DNA from: Lama guanicoe
Lineage: Eukaryota
Assembly (NCBI GenBank): GCA_013239625.1
Contig: MU054187.1
Span: forward strand, 19,625,929 to 19,689,928
DNA: 64,000 bases
Reading direction: 5' to 3'
A program made the position numbers and the translations under genes. The first letter of the stretch is position 1. Each line of letters opens with the position of its first letter. Positions 41,136 through 54,100 of this stretch are shown in pieces. The notes beneath the pieces are model-generated. The model was not told where the DNA came from. It ran no database searches and worked only from the letters and a program-made list of their open reading frames with translations.

Positions 41136-41299
41136 ACACCACCACAGGGCGATGGACGTAGAGGGACACGGACGGTTAGAGGTCATCAGCAACAGTGTGA
41201 CAGCGGAGGGCCATCCTTCTCCACTTCTGAGATGGGGGTCTCGATCCTCAGGAAGACTCAGTCAGCTGAACACTAACTGAAGAGCAGATGACATTTACC

Positions 41300-41357
41300 T
41301 ACACACACACGCACACACACACACACACGCACACTCACACACACACACACACACACT
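41300..41357. repeat. (CA)n microsatellite, imperfect
   Basis: Direct reading. Confidence 0.9.
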
Positions 41358-41359
41358 CA

Positions 41360-41785
41360 GGATTCAGGAAAAAAGGTCTCTGCCGACATGATTTAGGATG
41401 TAGAGACGGGGAGACTCTCCTGGCTTATCCGAGTGGGTGCTAAATGTCATCACAAGTGTCCTTGTAAGAGAGAGGCAGAGGGAGATTTTCATACACAGAG
41501 GAGAAGGTGACATGAAGACAGAGGCAGAGATTAGAGTGATGTGGCCCCAAGCTGAGGAACACCAGCAGAAGTCCCAGCATTCCCCTAGAAACTGGAAGAG
41601 GCCAGGAACGGGTTCCCCCCAAGAGCCTCCCAAGGGATGACATGCCTCTTAAAAATTTTTTTGGGTCCAGTGACGTGGATTCAGACTTCTGGCCACCAGA
41701 ACTGTGAGAAAACAAATTCTAATGTTTTAAGTCCCACAGTTGGTGATAATTTGCTTCAATGGCCACAGAAAACTAGCACAGATTA
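41360..41785 (+). mobile_element. MLT1-type MaLR LTR
   Basis: taaatgtcatcacaagtgtccttgtaagagagaggcagaggg...cagaactgtgagaaaacaaattc...cacagaaaactagcaca. Confidence 0.8.
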
Positions 41786-44700
41786 TTATCTAATACAAAT
41801 GTATTTATCTACACACACAAAGCCCCACATACATACTCAAGATTCAGAAAGAAAGATAAACCATAGCTGGGAATAGTGTGACCCTGCAAGTGGTGCATGA
41901 GACACCATGTGTCTTCATGGCTCGCCATCCTCAGGGTCCTACTGCACTGGAGTAACTCCATCTCCTTTTATTTTTATTTTTCCCTACAATTTGTTTAGAC
42001 TATATGTGGCTGATATTTCTTAAGAAGACAATTGCTAGAGTTTGAACGTGAAGTGATACTGATTTTTTCTAGTAACTGCCTCTGGACATTGTTGAAACTC
42101 TCCTTTCTTAGTGGGTATTGAGACCCTTTGTGATCACTGGCCACATTTTATAACCTCCAGTTAATTTTGGTTATCACAGAAGTCTTGTTTCATTTCCCAA
42201 GATTCATTTTTGTCGATTTAAAAAAAATTAAATCACAAATTTAATTCAAAGTTTTCCCCCATGATCCCCGCGTTGGCAAGATCCGACTGTACAGTTCTGA
42301 AGTTTTCCTTTGGGAGAGGGGGCGTGGTTTGCTCTTTATGAAACTTTTCCTTTTCCCTCTTCTCGTTGCTAGATCCTCCAGTGTCTTGAGAAGAATAAAT
42401 ATCTCCTTACTTAATGAAGAGTTTGCCAGTGCCTCCCTGGTCAGTTACAGCTGCTGACTTGGATCGTTGTCATTTGGGATGAACAATGGCTCCAATCTGC
42501 CTCGCGCAAGCTGGACTCAAGACTTTGAAGCTTTCCTTGACATTGATAGTTGGCTCTTAAGTTGGGTCATGTCTGCTGATAGCCTCCAGCTAGCACACTC
42601 CTGTGGCCTTCCTTTGCCTGTGCCTCTTTGCTTCCCTTGCTTGGTTTCCAGGCAACTCTATAGCTGCGAATCTCATCTCCCCTCTGCAGCAGTCTCCAGG
42701 CAAGGACACATGGAATCCACCATCCTCATCTCCCAGAAACCCCAAACAGCCCTGACTCCCCACCTTACCAGACAGTCCCTGGGGTGCCAGGTCATTCCAA
42801 TAAAATTCCTCCTGCTTAAGGAGGCCAGGACAGCTCAGTAAGCCCCCAAGCAGACATCTAATTAAGGGGAAACACATCCATTCTCTATTTCTCAGGCAGC
42901 ACCAAGCCTTATGAGGATTGTCTTGGTACCTCCACCTCTTTGGGTTTGGGGAAGCAAAACATTCCATTCTCTCTTCAAACTACAAGCTTTGTAAGACAGG
43001 CTGCCTTCTGCTCTCTCTGCAGTCCTCAAACCCCTTGATGAGAGAGCCAACTCCAATGAAGTCTCTCTACTTAGAATTTCGGGATGAATCATAGAATGAC
43101 CTTTGTTTATAACGTTGAGTTACTGAAATTCTAAACAACACAAAAAATTCCAGGCAACATTCTATTTAAACATATATCATAAAATACCAAAGGCATTTCT
43201 AAAATTGTTCTTAGTATAATAAAATAATCTTCTGTAATAAAATAATTTTAGTATAATACAATAATCTTTGTTTAACAGTGTCATATCTGAGAGTTCCAGA
43301 AAGTCAGAGCACAGTCACCTGAGGAGGGACCCTGGGACTTTGACCTGCACCTTGTGTGCAGGCAGCGCTCACCACGAGCACCCCGGGGCTGGAGGATTAC
43401 CAGGCTCCGTCAGAGGATTATTGCTCCATCTCAACAGATGTTCAACACTGATTTCACAGTGACTATTTCCTAGTTTACAGACTCCATCTGTGAATATGAG
43501 AGAGAAAGAAGTTTTAACAAAAAGCAAAATATTATGATTCACAAAGTATCTGCATGAAGCATGCAAGGGAATGTGCAAGAAAAAAAAAGAAAGAGAGACA
43601 GAACATTGGCAAACTTTGATTTATAAGACCATCAAGTAATGACATTTCCATAATGATTTTTAGAGCATCAAAATTTGGGTGCCTAAGGATTAAAAAATGA
43701 GCAGATATGTATCCTGTTATAAAATATTTTGGTCTCTTTGCATTTAATGAAATAAGAAATGATTTCCTTTAATTTTTTTCGTCTGATTTTGATCATTTCT
43801 TTTTAGCTACCAAATGATTTGACTTGATACCCTTTTAGTAACTATCTACTTGAATCAGACTGTGGCATCAGCTCTAATTGTTCCATTAACTTATCATTTT
43901 AAAAGGTATCAGGGTCAGATGTGCTTGGGGAAAGGCTGACTTGTGGGAAGTAATCTACTCCCTCCAGTGGACAAAGAGAGAAGAAGAGTATTTGATTTCT
44001 TCATTTGAGGATTAGTTACTATTCCAATTTCTGAGCAACAACTCTGCTTTTTGGCTTAGCTTCTCCCTAAGAAGCAATGTTTCGTTATGTTCAATTTATT
44101 AAGGCTCCATCAAGCAGTCAATGGATCCTTTTTGTAGTTAATTTTATCTCCGCTGTTGTCATTTTTTCCCATTATGATTCTCTTCATCATTAAAGTCATT
44201 CAGCCAACAATAAATATGTGTCAAATGCAACTCTAGGTACTGGGGATAGAGCAGTGAGTAAAAAAAATGATTCAAAATTCTGTCATCGAGGAGCTTAAAA
44301 TAATATTAGATAATGATCATTGATGATGTGTTTTCCTATGTGCCAGACTACATACTTAGTGATTTTGCAATTATTCTTTAACTGAATCCTCTCCAAAACT
44401 CTAGGAGGAAACTGAGAAGCTAAGAAGTTTGCCATGATCACACAGATAGAGAGAGGGACTCCGCATCTCAGAGAGCGTCCCTGACCAGACCACGCAGGAA
44501 CTCTGAACCTCGTGGCTCTGTTTTGCTTCTCATCATGGCATTTTTTTTTTAATTGCCTGTCCTCTCCAACTGACATGTGTGCTCCCTGAGCTATGCCTGT
44601 TTGCCCAACCCCAACCCAGCACCTATAGCCTGCCGCAGTTGGTTCTCCAGAATAACTTGGTTAAATGCTTAATGATAATGAAATCAACAAGCCAATATTA

Positions 44701-45675
44701 GATAGACTCAGGGACTAATCAACTTCAAAGCATTTCTCACCAACATACTCTCCAACCCCCGCGAGCATCCAAAAAGAAAAGGGAAGTAACCCCTTACTGG
44801 TTGGCTCAGTTGAATTATCTTGAGTTATCTGTCCTTTCCATTTTCTTAAAGAGCAAGCGAAGGAAACCAAGTCTAAAATGAACAAGATCCCATTCTTTAG
44901 AAGAGTTAAAATCTTGAAACAGATTCTCGCTTGCCACCTCTCCGAAATTTTACACCTAGAGGAGACAGGAATAAGCCAATGCAACATTCACGCTGGGCTG
45001 AATGGATTTCCTTAAAGAGCCGTGAATGCTTTGGGAGTGGAGAGAGGATGACATGTGCTCTGAACCTGCTGTGTGTGAGTGGGACCTAATGCCTTTGTAA
45101 AGGGGTGGATTCACATGGTGTTATTTTTTTTATTTTATGCTAGTTATATCTTCCATCATTATACTCCCTATACCAGTATTGGCCACTCACCAAGTGCCTT
45201 AAGAGTCTGATTAGATGTCATTCAAATCTACTAACCCTTGTGTGTTTGAAAGTCATTAGCAGCCTTCTGGCCCAAGCTGCCCAGGGCAGAGTGGTAAATA
45301 TTGAAAGAACAGTCCTGCCATTCGAAGTGCTTCTGGCGTGAACACACGTTTGCTTGGGGTGCAGCACTGCCCAGGTAATTACTCGGTAGCTTTCGGGGCT
45401 GGAGGCAGCAAGAAAAATGAGTAGGTGCAGAAGCAGATCGCAGGGTAGCTCTCTCAGCTTCCCCTTTCTGTTTGTATTTTAAAGAAGAATTGCCAGCGTC
45501 TGCTCCTATTATGTAAGTTAGAGTGAAACAGACCAAAAGGAAAAAAATGAAGAGAGGTGATTACAGGCTGACAGTTATTCAACAACAACAAAACGAACGC
45601 AGGGGAATCCTGACTAGCATAAGCCAAGGGACCTCGGCTGTCACCCAGACTTTATGAAAATCATGGGGGTGGTTC

Positions 45676-46268
45676 TGTTGCAGGAAAACGGGGAGCATGA
45701 GCAGGGCCCTGCCCGAGGTCTCAGGCGAGATCCTGGGTTGTGCCCTGTCAAGTGAGGGTCCCTGGCTTCATGCAGGAAAGGATTCAAGAGCGAGCAGTAG
45801 TAGAGTGAAGGCAGATTCATTCAGAGATGCCCACTCCACAGACAGAGTGAGGACTGTCCCAGAAGGAAAGAGAATGTGACCACGAGGTGAGGGGTTGTTA
45901 ATTTTTAGGGACTTGGTAATTCCATGTGCTAATAAGTGGGAGGATTCTTCCAACCGCTTTGGGGAAGGGGTGGAGAGTCCCAGGAACGGGGCCACCGCCC
46001 ACTTTTTCACCTTTTATGGTCACCCTCAGAACTGTCATGGCGCCTGTGGGAGTGCCACTTTCCGTGCTAATGTATTACAATGAGTGTAAAATGAAGATCA
46101 AGGTCTACTGGAAGTCAAATCTCCCACTATCTTGGGCCTCAAGGTCTACTGGGAGTTGAATTTTCTGCCATTTTGGGTTGTCAAATTTTAACCCAGTTTG
46201 TATCCTATCCTCAATTGCTATGTCATTCTTTTAATGGTTATGCCCTGTACCCTTCCCTCTTCCTTATA
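45676..46268 (-). mobile_element. MER41-like ERV1 solo LTR, inverted relative to the copy at 40573-41135
   Basis: Reverse complement aligns along its length with the 40.6 kb copy (e.g. gagaccttgaggcccaagat, gaccataaaagg, aatcctcccactt). Confidence 0.75.
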
Positions 46269-49200
46269 ATAACCCTATTAACTAAGTATTATTATTATTC
46301 TTTTTAAAAAATTTTTAAATTTTTATACGATTTCTGAAGGTTGCTCTCCATTTCCTATGTGTAGTTTGCCATCTAGTGTTAATTTGTGGAAATAAAAAAG
46401 ACTGGTACAGTAATTTTCAAATCAGGTTCACCTGGTGGCAAAAGGATGCCCCCCCCAACCCCCAAAGTGACATTTCAATTTTAAGACATCAAATTACACC
46501 ATGAAACCCTCTGAGGTTTGTGGAGCTGGGGGAGCGTGTGGGTGGGTGAGTCAGTTACTTCTAAGAAATGGGTTACTTCTGGGAAGCAGTACAGTGGAGC
46601 AAATGGCTCACAATTCTGGCTACCCCAAGAATCACTTGGGACATTTTTTTAAATACAGATGGCCAGGCCACTCTCCAGATCTAGTAAAACAGATTCGCTC
46701 AGGTGAGACTCGAGTCTCAGGTGATTCTGATGTGCAGCCAGGGTGAGGACCACTGGGTGGTGGGCTCAGACGACAGACTCAGCCATATCTTTATGTAAGT
46801 TTTACCATTCAGTCGTATCATCTTGAGCAGGGAAACTGGACTAATTAAATGACATCTCTGTGCCTCAGTAAGATGAGAGTAATAATTTCTCCTGGGGTTA
46901 TTTTGAGAATTAAATATGATCATGAATGAAAAGTGGTAATAAAATAGGAGAAAAGTATAACTGGTGGTACATTGTGCTCAACAAATGCTAAATATTAATG
47001 ATATTTATAAGGAAAAAATTTTGTTGAGTTATTTACAGGAATAAACAGCCTAAGGGATATGAACATATATGGAATATTAGAAATGAGAACATGTTACCTG
47101 TGGCCTATCTCTGTTCCTCTTAAACTGGAAGACTCGTGGGATTTCATGCAGACACCCAGCTCAGCCTGAGGGCCAGCCACTCGCTTAGAAGCACGTGACT
47201 TCTTATTCAGTGCTGATTTCATAACTTCATGACATAAACTATTCTCAGTCATTTCTGTCCTATTCCCATTCCTAATTGGGTTCAAAGTGCCCAATTCCCT
47301 AGAAATTTCATTTGTTCTGCTTGGGTCAGATGTCATCTCATGAGCTAATCAAGGGGGCAGAACCATGTCACCTACAGACAGTTACAGTAGGCACAGCCCA
47401 GGTGTTGGGAGCAGTTTCCAGTGGAAGGAGAAGCCCTGTAAATTCAAGGTGTCTTTACAGTCATAGAAAGTGATCAGTATTATTACTCTGATAATACTGA
47501 GCAGAAAGAATATCATCTAAAAAGTCCCAGAGGAATCCAGTAAAGAGCATTTGATTGAAGTATTTGATGGGAATCTCAGGTGAGGCCGTATTATGAAAAA
47601 CTTAGTTTTGACAAATCAGACGTGGGAGACTGGGGGAAGGAAACAGTAAACAGAAGAGTCTAATTTGAGAGGGTGGCGTAGGGAGGGAATGCATATGAGG
47701 CAGTAGCAGAATATTCTGAGCAGAAAATTCATTAGCTTGGTTCGAGACACGTTGAGCCGACAAAAGTAGAGAGCATTGAGAAGGGGCCGTCCAGCAAGGA
47801 GCTGGAGACGAATCAGGGTTGAACTCACAAGGAAACATAGCCCCTAAGTCAAGATTTGGGAGTCGGTAAGATGGATGCAACAGTCGACGTCATGGACGGG
47901 AATGAAGTTCCTGAGCGACTTGCTAGACGGGGACCAAGGACGGCACCCTGTAGCACAGCATCAGCGCCAGAGGGAGAAAGGTCGGCACAGGAGACTGACA
48001 AGAAGCGCACAGATGGGAGAATCTGCCAAGTGTGATTTTGAAAACACAGAGAACAGGCAAGGGGAAGGAACTGCAGAGCGGTCAGGTAACTTAACGGCAG
48101 AAAAGATCTGGCTTCTGCAAATGAGGACCTCAGGTGACTTCAAAAAAGGCAGAACCTCTGGGGTGATAGAGGCGGCCAGACCTCTATCCTTATGAACCCT
48201 TGGTATCATCGGGGGTTTGCTGAAACTGACACGTAGGATTTATTTACATACTCTGGATATATTTATCAGAAGTGTGTATTACAGAGTCTGTGGGCTGTCC
48301 TCTGACTCTCTGCTGTATTTTGATGATAGAAGTCCCTAATGTTAACATGGCCCAACTGATCAATCTTCCTTTATGTGTAGTTCTTTTTATGCGTGTCCTA
48401 TTTACCAATTCCTTGTCTACCAAGGTCAGGAAGATACTCTTCCCTATGATCTTCTAGAAGCAAAGAGAAGCCCCAGAACGACCACGTGGCACATCCAGCC
48501 AGTAACCGATCAGACTGAAAGGGAAGGGCACAGGGCCCCCAAAGATGCGTCTTCAGGAGGAAAAGAAAAAAGTACTAGTACATTGCACAGGAAAGAAAAT
48601 GCAGTCATAGCAACTACTGGTTAGCTAAACAGTGAATAAAAGTCCTAAGTCAAAAACTGAACATAAACTTAACAACAAAAATAATAGATGCCGTCGTACT
48701 GGATGGATGGAAAGGAGGAGGTAAAAGTAAGCCATGGGGTGAGTCAAGAGTACAGAATCCTCATCTTCTGTAATAGGAACATGATCAGTAACGAATAAAG
48801 TTAATAAAGATGTAACAGAATATGTTTTCTTTAAAGATGGACATAAATAGAAGAAACTACTTAAAGAGTTTGGGGAGGTGGCCTCAGGGAAAGGGTGGGA
48901 ATGGGATCGGAAAATGCTGCTTTTCTTTCTGAACTCTGTATATTATTTAAAATTTTGAACTATGTGCATATATTAATTAGATAAAAATATTTTTCTAAAT
49001 GAGGCAGGGTAAAGATAGAGGGTTATGAACTTGAAGCAAATGGGAACAGTTTGAAATGATTTTTTTTTCTTTCTTTATGGTATCTTAGTCTCTAGATTAG
49101 ATCTTGAAATTAAGGACAACTGACTCAAAATGATATATTTCACAGGCAAACTACTGAGCTACACATTAGACATTGTAAACCATTTCGGGCAACAGCTAAT

Positions 49201-49629
49201 AACTCAAATCAAAGCCAAAGAATGCTTCACAAATAAGTATAGAATAGAGTGAGCTCATTTTTTTGTTTAAAAACGGCGGAGGAGTGTACAAGTGTGCATA
49301 TTTTATACGTGTGTGTGTACATGTGCAGGAAAATTATAAACCCTGACTATAACGTATATTATACATGCTAAGTCTAACCAAGGCCTGATACAAAGAGATT
49401 TTCAAATTATTGTTGGATAATTTACTTATCATACTTTTTCAATGTCTAAGTAAATTTCAGTCACAAAATGTCCAATTGCATTTAGAATAAAAGAGATGAC
49501 AAAAAGATTCCTGTCTGGAAATGATTTTAAAGGTCTTTAGAAAAGTTGAGAAAACTACAGGCAAAACCGAGAGCCTATATTTAATCACAACTGCAAGTGT
49601 CAAATAGTTACAACAACACAAATCCCCTA

Positions 49630-51076
49630 AAAGCAGTGGATCAGTTACACTTTTTATTTAAAATTATATTCATGATAGTCTTCCTAATTACAATAAATTT
49701 AACTGCAGAACAACCTGTCTTAGAATAATATATGAGATGCAAGTCATTATAATACTCAAATCTTAGGTTCATAAGTCTTTACTGTATTAGATGCGCACAA
49801 CAATAAAATAACCCGTCTTGGAAACTTTATAGAAGCACTTTCTGTTTCATGAAATTTAAGGCTCACATGAGCCTATAAAACTTTAATAGTCTGTTCACAT
49901 GCCAAGAGACAAGACCAAGCAATAAATTAATCTTTTAAAAATATTGATGAACCAAACAATTTTCTTTTTGAGTTTGATAAGCCAAAGATGATTAAGGAAT
50001 AGTTAAAAGGCTGAATAGAATCCAGTGGAAATAGAATTAAATAAGGAGTTTGGGGAAGAAACAAACAGTGCAATATTAACAATGCAATGTATCCGCCAGG
50101 GGCCAGGTTTCCAGTGCTCAACTGGACTAGTCTCAACATCTTAAAACATGAATATTGAATTCGGTAAAGTGTCATACAGTATCAAGTTACATCAGATTCC
50201 TGATGAAGGTGCCTTTTTGAAACCATTTCTTCTCCTTTATATAGGGATTCTAAGGAAATTCAAACAAATAACTGTAATGCAGTATTTTAAAAAATATATA
50301 AACTCCAGAAATGCCCACAATAATAACCGGTATCAAAGGTGCAGTAATTGAAATGCCACGGTAATATGAAACGTTAAAAGGAATGGTAATGTGAAATATA
50401 AAATGACTAGATAGTTTTTACTTCCAAACGTGAAGTAAAATTACTGAATGATGAGCTCATTACTTTATGCAGCAACTAGGAACTGAAGGTAGCAATTCCT
50501 TCAAAATACTCATTCTTTCAATGCTTAGTTTTGGATTGCCTACTATTTGACAGGTGCCATACTTGGTGCTACACGTACACTGATGAATAAAACTAAGTTC
50601 TCTGCAAAGGAAGAAACTTTGGTCTAGGAAGTACTAATATACTTCTTACAAATTTAATTAAACATGGCTTTTGGAACTAAAGGAAAAATTGTTTCCAAAA
50701 GGTAACTTTCTAATTAAGAATGCATATGCACATAAATAGCTAAGTCAAAATTTCAGAGGCTCATAAATACTTAGAAACTCTAAACTGCTAATTGACTATT
50801 TCAGTTGATAGTCAACTTATCTCGTCAACTGGGTATTTTTCCTAAAGTACATTCTCACACGCAAAAATTTGTAGAACAATGAAATAGACATTTCATCCAT
50901 TCTTGCATACCTACTCTTAGTAAAATACAAAACAAGTAGCAATTTTTTTAATCTAGACTTTGCAAATAATTTAAATCAATCATATCATAAAAGTGAAACA
51001 GATGTCCTGAATTTTGTAACACCATCAGCAAATCTGGAGAGATGCAACTGTGATTGAATATGTGAAGCTGTTATAA
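49630..51076 (-). other. IMPA1: IMPA1 3'UTR (approximate) with candidate poly(A) signals
   Basis: AT-rich sequence after the stop. Minus-strand AATAAA at 49653-49658 and ATTAAA at 49882-49887, 50653-50658 and 50947-50952. The end point is inferred. Confidence 0.6.
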
Positions 51077-51192
51077 TCAATCTTCATCATCTCTTTGAAG
51101 AGGTATTATCTGAATTTCTTTGGCTATCCTTTCTGCTAATGTTTTATTACTTGAAGCAATTATTCTTCGTGACATCATATCAAATGGTCCAC
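51077..51192 (-). CDS. IMPA1: IMPA1 last coding exon, 116 bp coding ([11 protein letters not shown]...PLQRDDED*)
   Basis: Acceptor gattttag; TGA stop at 51077-51079; C-terminus LQRDDED typical of IMPA1. Confidence 0.97.
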
Positions 51193-54100
51193 CTAAAATC
51201 AAACATGGGAAATGGTAACATCTTGCACAAAAATAATTCCTATAAAATTAGCACAGCAATATGTACTATGGTCAATCATAACATTTTCATACTCTTGATT
51301 TATCTTTTCAAAAAATCTACGTTGTCACATAACCATAAATGCTTAAGCTTTGGTAACACATAAATCAGTCTCTAAGCATCTTCTTTTAGTAAATTCCAGC
51401 TTTGGGGGATGGGGGAATCTCAATCATACTAGTCTGAAAGTGTGTCATCTTTTGTCTATTTCATCTTTTGTGTGTTCTATTTCTTCTTTCATTATTCTTA
51501 TTACCTCTTTAATGTTTGGGATTCAATAGAAAACTTGACTCTAATGAATTTTCATACCACTTTCCTTCCCGTTTCCCTACTTCTTTGCTGCCTTTCTCCC
51601 AGACCATCGATGAATTATTTCAACCCAGGTACACTCTTTAATTAAAAAAATTTCACCATCAGTGCAAAGGAAGTATGTAACCTCTCTAGGCCCAGGGCAG
51701 AAAGTGATGATGGAAGATGGACCATCCATCATGGTCACCATTCAAAGAGCTCTTGGTATAGTTCTCAGATTCGGTGACCTTCTAGACTTTTTCTACAGCC
51801 TCTTGAGTTCCTGATACTCACATCTGAAGTCTTAGCCATTAATCCCGCACTACCATTAGCTTCTTATCCTTGTCTCTATCTCCCAAGGTTCATTATTTTG
51901 ATTTTACAGAAAATTACATGGCTTGTTTTCCCTTCAAGAGTTGAAGTATAATACATATTAAACATTAAAAGAAAAAAAGGCATATATGGAGGAAAGTCCA
52001 ACAGATATGGAAAGAAAAATGCTTCACTGTCCCATAAATTTACCTGTTACATCCATGAGGACTCCACCAGCCTCAGTAACAATAATGCCAGCACCGGCTA
52101 CGTCCCAGCAGTGAATTCCCATCTCATAATACGCATCTGCATATCCAGCTGCCACGAGGCACATGTTAAGAGCTGCAGTTCCAACACCTCGGATCCTAAC
52201 AAATAACATTTAAAAAAATAACACTGGAAAAAATAATTCTTTCAAATAAGGCACTCCTTATTTCACTGTATTTTAAGATAATCTGAACCAATCTAGAGAA
52301 TGTTTTTAAAAAAGATCATATCTAATTTTAAAATAAAAATAATAAATTCTAATTATCATGATGCACATATATCAATGAAAAAAGTTAATCTTTAAAAAGG
52401 AATCATTGAATGGGGTAAACATTAAACCAATGATATTTTCAGAGGAAAAAAAAAAGAAGAAAATGAAATTCTACTATTATGGCATGCATGTATATTCATT
52501 TTGGTCTAAACCCAGGGACTACAGCCCCACAATACAAGTAGTTTGTAGGAGGGTTAAAATGTGCTACTGGTCATTTCCAACTGCACATACATCAATATAT
52601 GTGATCAAAGGGTAACAGCACAGCTGGGCTCTGCTTGGGAAAGCCTGCCTGGGAAGATTATTCCAGGTCTGCCATCTCACATTATTTTTTCCTTGGAAAA
52701 ATACCAAGTTAACATATGTATGGATGTTATTTTATTAGGCATTATAATAATAAATGATTCAGGAAAGAATCATACATAAATGTTAAAGTGAGTGGATGAA
52801 TGATTGATATTTACATGTCAAAGATAAGATACAAAATAATTACAATGGGAAAGATAGCAAGATCACCATTCCAAAGTGATCAAAGTTAGCATCCAATAAG
52901 GGGCAAAATGGTATGATGTGCCCCCTAATACAATGCACTGAGAAGAACACAAAATTACTTCTCTCACATTCCCACCCAAAATGCATAACCCAAGTCTAAT
53001 CATGAGGAAACCCAACAACTCAAATCAAGAGGCACACTATATAGTGTTGGAAGAGCTGGACAGCCACATGTAAATCAATGAAGTTAGAACACTGCCTCAC
53101 ACCATACACAAAAATAAACTCAAAATGGCTTAAAGACTTATAAAACATGACACCATAAAACTCTTAGAAAAGAACATAGGCAAAACATTCTTTAACATAA
53201 ATCTTAGCAATGTTTTCCTAGGTCAGTCTCCCAAGGCAACAGAAATGAAAGCAAAAGTAAACAAATGGGACCTAATGAAACTTATAAGCCTTTGCACAGC
53301 AAAGGGAACCATAAACAAAACAAAAAGACAACCTATAGACTGGAAGAAAATATCTGCAAATAAGCCAACCAACAAGGGGTTAATTTCTAAAATATACAGC
53401 TTACATGACTAATTAAAAAGAAATCAAAAAATGGGCGTAAGACATAAACAGACATTTCTCCAAAGAAGACACACAAGATGGCCACCTGGCACATGAAAAG
53501 ATGCTCAACATCACTAATTATCAGAGAAATGCAAATCAAAACTACAATGCCCTTACACTGGTCAGAATGGCCATCATGAAAAACTCCATAAACAATAAAT
53601 GCTGGAAAGGGTATGAAGAAAACACACTGTTGGTGGGAAGGTAAACTGATTCAGCCACTATGGAGGACAGTATGGAGGTTCCTTAAAAAACTAAAAATAG
53701 AGTTACCATATGGTCCAGAAAACCCACCGGGCATATATCTGGAGGAAACTCTAATTTGAAAAGATACATGCACCCCAATGTTCACAGTAGCACTATTTAC
53801 AATAGCCAAGACAGGGAAGCAACCTAAATGTCCACTGACAAATGACTGGTTAAAGAAGTTGTGGTATATTTATTCAAAGGAATTTACTCAGCCATAAAAT
53901 AGAATGAACAATGCCATTTGCAGCAACATGGATGGACCTAGAGATTATCATACTAAATGAAGTAAGTCAGGCAGAGAGAGACAAATACCATATAATATCA
54001 CTTATATGTAGAATCTAAAATATGACACAAATTTATTTGCAAAACAGAAACAGATACAGAAAACCAACTTATGGTTAACAACAAGGGAAAGGGGGTGAGG

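Noticed and set aside
650..49000. FABP12/FABP4 coding exons or a duplicated IMPA1 pseudogene, expected from human synteny
   Set aside because: I could not find FABP-like or second IMPA-like coding exons by eye; a tBLASTn would be needed to exclude heavily decayed remnants.
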